NCBI GenBank assembly: GCA_963776245.1
Contig: CAVZLN010000005.1
Span: 127,253-191,252 of the forward strand
From: Candidatus Eiseniibacteriota bacterium
Lineage (GTDB): Bacteria > Eisenbacteria > RBG-16-71-46
DNA: 64,000 nucleotides
Direction of reading: 5' to 3'
Below the pieces are notes generated by a model. It did not search any database. It saw nothing but the letters and a program-made list of their open reading frames with translations, and was not told the origin of the DNA. The translations under genes were made by a program, and so were the position numbers. Of this stretch, positions 62,047 to 64,000 are shown in pieces (position 1 is the first letter of the stretch; each line of letters opens with the position of its first letter).

Positions 62047-63878
62047 TCATTGTGGCGCCGTCGCCTCGAGTGCCCGGAGGCGTGCGTCCACAACAGAGAC
62101 TGCATCGTCGAGCAGGGTCGTGTGGTTCAGGTCGATCCCGAGCGTGTGCGCGAGCAGATTGGCGGGAGTGTCGCCGAACCCGCCTTCGACCAGCCGCCGG
62201 TACCGGAGCAGGAACGCCTGGGGTCGGCCTTGAAGCGCGAGAAGTACTGGAGCGCGAGCAGGCTCGCGTACAGGTAGTTCACGTCGTAGTTCGGATCCTC
62301 GAACATCAGCGACGTGGTGATCCAGCGGTCCCGCTGGGCCGGCTCCTTCGCTGCGTAGTCGGTGAACGACGCCAGCGTCGCGAGCGTGATGGCGTCGAGA
62401 TCGTCGGCGTCGCGAATCGTGCCGTCCTTCACGCGGTCGTAGATCGCCTGCTCGAGCGCCGCGTCCTGCGCTCCGTACAGCCAGTCGAGGCCTTTGATCC
62501 CCAGGAATTGCTCGTCGAAGGCGCGCCGAGTGGCAGGGTCGGTCGCCTGCCGCGCCATGTAATCCGCGAGCACGAGTTCGTTGAACTCGGCGAAGGACTC
62601 GAACAGCCAGTTCGGCCCTGAGGCCGAGCGAGGTGACACCCCGGCATCGGTCATGAGCTGGCGGTGCACCGCATGACCTCCCTCGTGGGCGATGACCGAG
62701 AGACCCTTGAACGTGCCGTCGAAGCGCCCGACGAATAGGACGCCCGTGGTGCCGATGAAGCCCTGGCTGAACCCGCCCCCGGCGCGATTGGCGATCACGG
62801 ACGACACGATGTCAGCCCGGCCGTTCGCGGGATCGAGCAGGTCGTCGAACGGCTTCTGATACCACGCGCCGAGACCGGCGAAGGCAGCGTGCAGGATCGC
62901 CCGCGCCCGGGCGAGCGTGATCGGCGTCTGAGGCGGCGTCGCCGACTTGAGATCGTACGAGCCGGGCTGCTCGATCCCGAGCCGACTCCTGACGTCGGCC
63001 GCGCGCAGCGCGTCGAACCGCTTGGCGAGATCGCCGTGCGCCGCGACACGCGCAATCATGGTGCGCACTGCGGCGGGATCCAGCTCGCGCGAGTCGTAGC
63101 TCTCGTCGGCGGCGGTGGGGAACGATCGAGCGCGGCCAGGGCGTTGCCGGCCCGGACCAGGTGGATCAACGTGAATGCGAACAGATCGCGCCTGCTCTCC
63201 AGACCGGCTGCCCGGCGCTCCTGCTGCCAGGCGGCGCGCGTCATGATCGGCGGGCCCTACGGGTGGCGCGGCCGGCCCGACGTCGATGCTCGACAGGATG
63301 TCCTCGTACAGATCGTATTGCCAGCCGGTGAGCATCGGACCCCACTCAGCGATCATCGGGCCGTCACCGGTTCGGGCGTGTGCGCGCCGAGGTGCCGATC
63401 GACGGCCATCGCGTGTCGGTAGGGTGCGAGGCGTGGCTCCGCCCGGAGGAACGAATCCGCCAGCGACGGCCGGGCGCCGCCGATCTCGCGGTCGACGAAG
63501 CCGATGCGGGCATCGATGCGGCTCTCGAGCTCGACTGTCGTCGCAGCTCGTGGACGTCCTTGCGGTTCATCTTGCATCGCAGGTGCAGGTAGGCGAGGTG
63601 GCGGCGCCGAGGATCTGGATCCGATCCGTGCTCCGCAACGCCGCAAGCAGGGTCTGCGGCGAGGACATCACCCGGCCCGTGAGCACCGCGACGCTATCCA
63701 TGGCGGTCTCGAGGCGCGAGCGGTCCGTGCGCTCGGCCGCGGGGCTGACGAAGAAGTAACCGCGCGAAGTCGATGCGTTCGCTGTCGGCCGCAGCGGGCG
63801 CGGCGTGGCGATGGCGACCGGACGTACGACAGGTGACGGTGATGGCGACGCGGCGAAGGACTCGGGCCAGCGGATCAT
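62047..63878 (-). CDS. Oligoendopeptidase F-like M3B peptidase, many frameshifts (errors or pseudogene)
   Basis: AHEGGHAVH zinc motif, ESFAEFNE, GYFFVSPAAE; RBS GGAGG before ATG 63878. Confidence 0.78.
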
Positions 63879-64000
63879 GTGCGCTCCTCCAACTCCGCAA
63901 GACGATCGAAGCATGTCCTCGGCGGATTCGGCTCGGTGAGCGTCGCGCTGCTACGGCAGTGGACCGTATCACGCGCCGCCACCGCGGGACGTGGGCGTCC

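Noticed and set aside
61823..62050. 75-aa ORF downstream of the pepF-like gene
   Set aside because: The start overlaps the stop, but there is no recognisable domain; insufficient support

Overview
GC-rich bacterial chromosome segment, almost all on the minus strand. Style and gene content suggest an FCB-associated lineage such as Ca. Eisenbacteria (inference only). Many single-base frameshifts, including in housekeeping genes (pyrD, rfbB, ABC-F), look like long-read indel errors rather than real pseudogenes. From right to left: pepF-like peptidase and ABC-F ATPase; a pyrimidine operon (pyrB-pyrC-carA-[methyltransferase]-carB-[TPR lipoprotein]-pyrK-pyrD-pyrF) preceded by a PyrR-type RNA hairpin although no pyrR is in the window; an ECF sigma/zinc anti-sigma pair; a ~35 kb surface-glycan region (two initiating transferases, two flippases, two O-antigen ligase/Wzy-like proteins, a GT-C-like protein, Wza/Wzz-like proteins, GDP-rhamnose/perosamine and dTDP-sugar enzymes, O-methyltransferases) interleaved with the khpA-rimM-trmD and rplS-rnhB-yraN genes; and a B12-dependent acyl-CoA mutase locus with isobutyryl-CoA mutase signatures, MeaB and a small subunit carrying a histone-H1-like tail. 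Best leads: a D-S/T sequon array suggesting protein O-glycosylation, an apparent GT4-Wzx fusion, an orphan PyrR site over the pyrB RBS, and basic tails on the mutase subunits. No rRNA, tRNA, CRISPR array or IS element was recognised.
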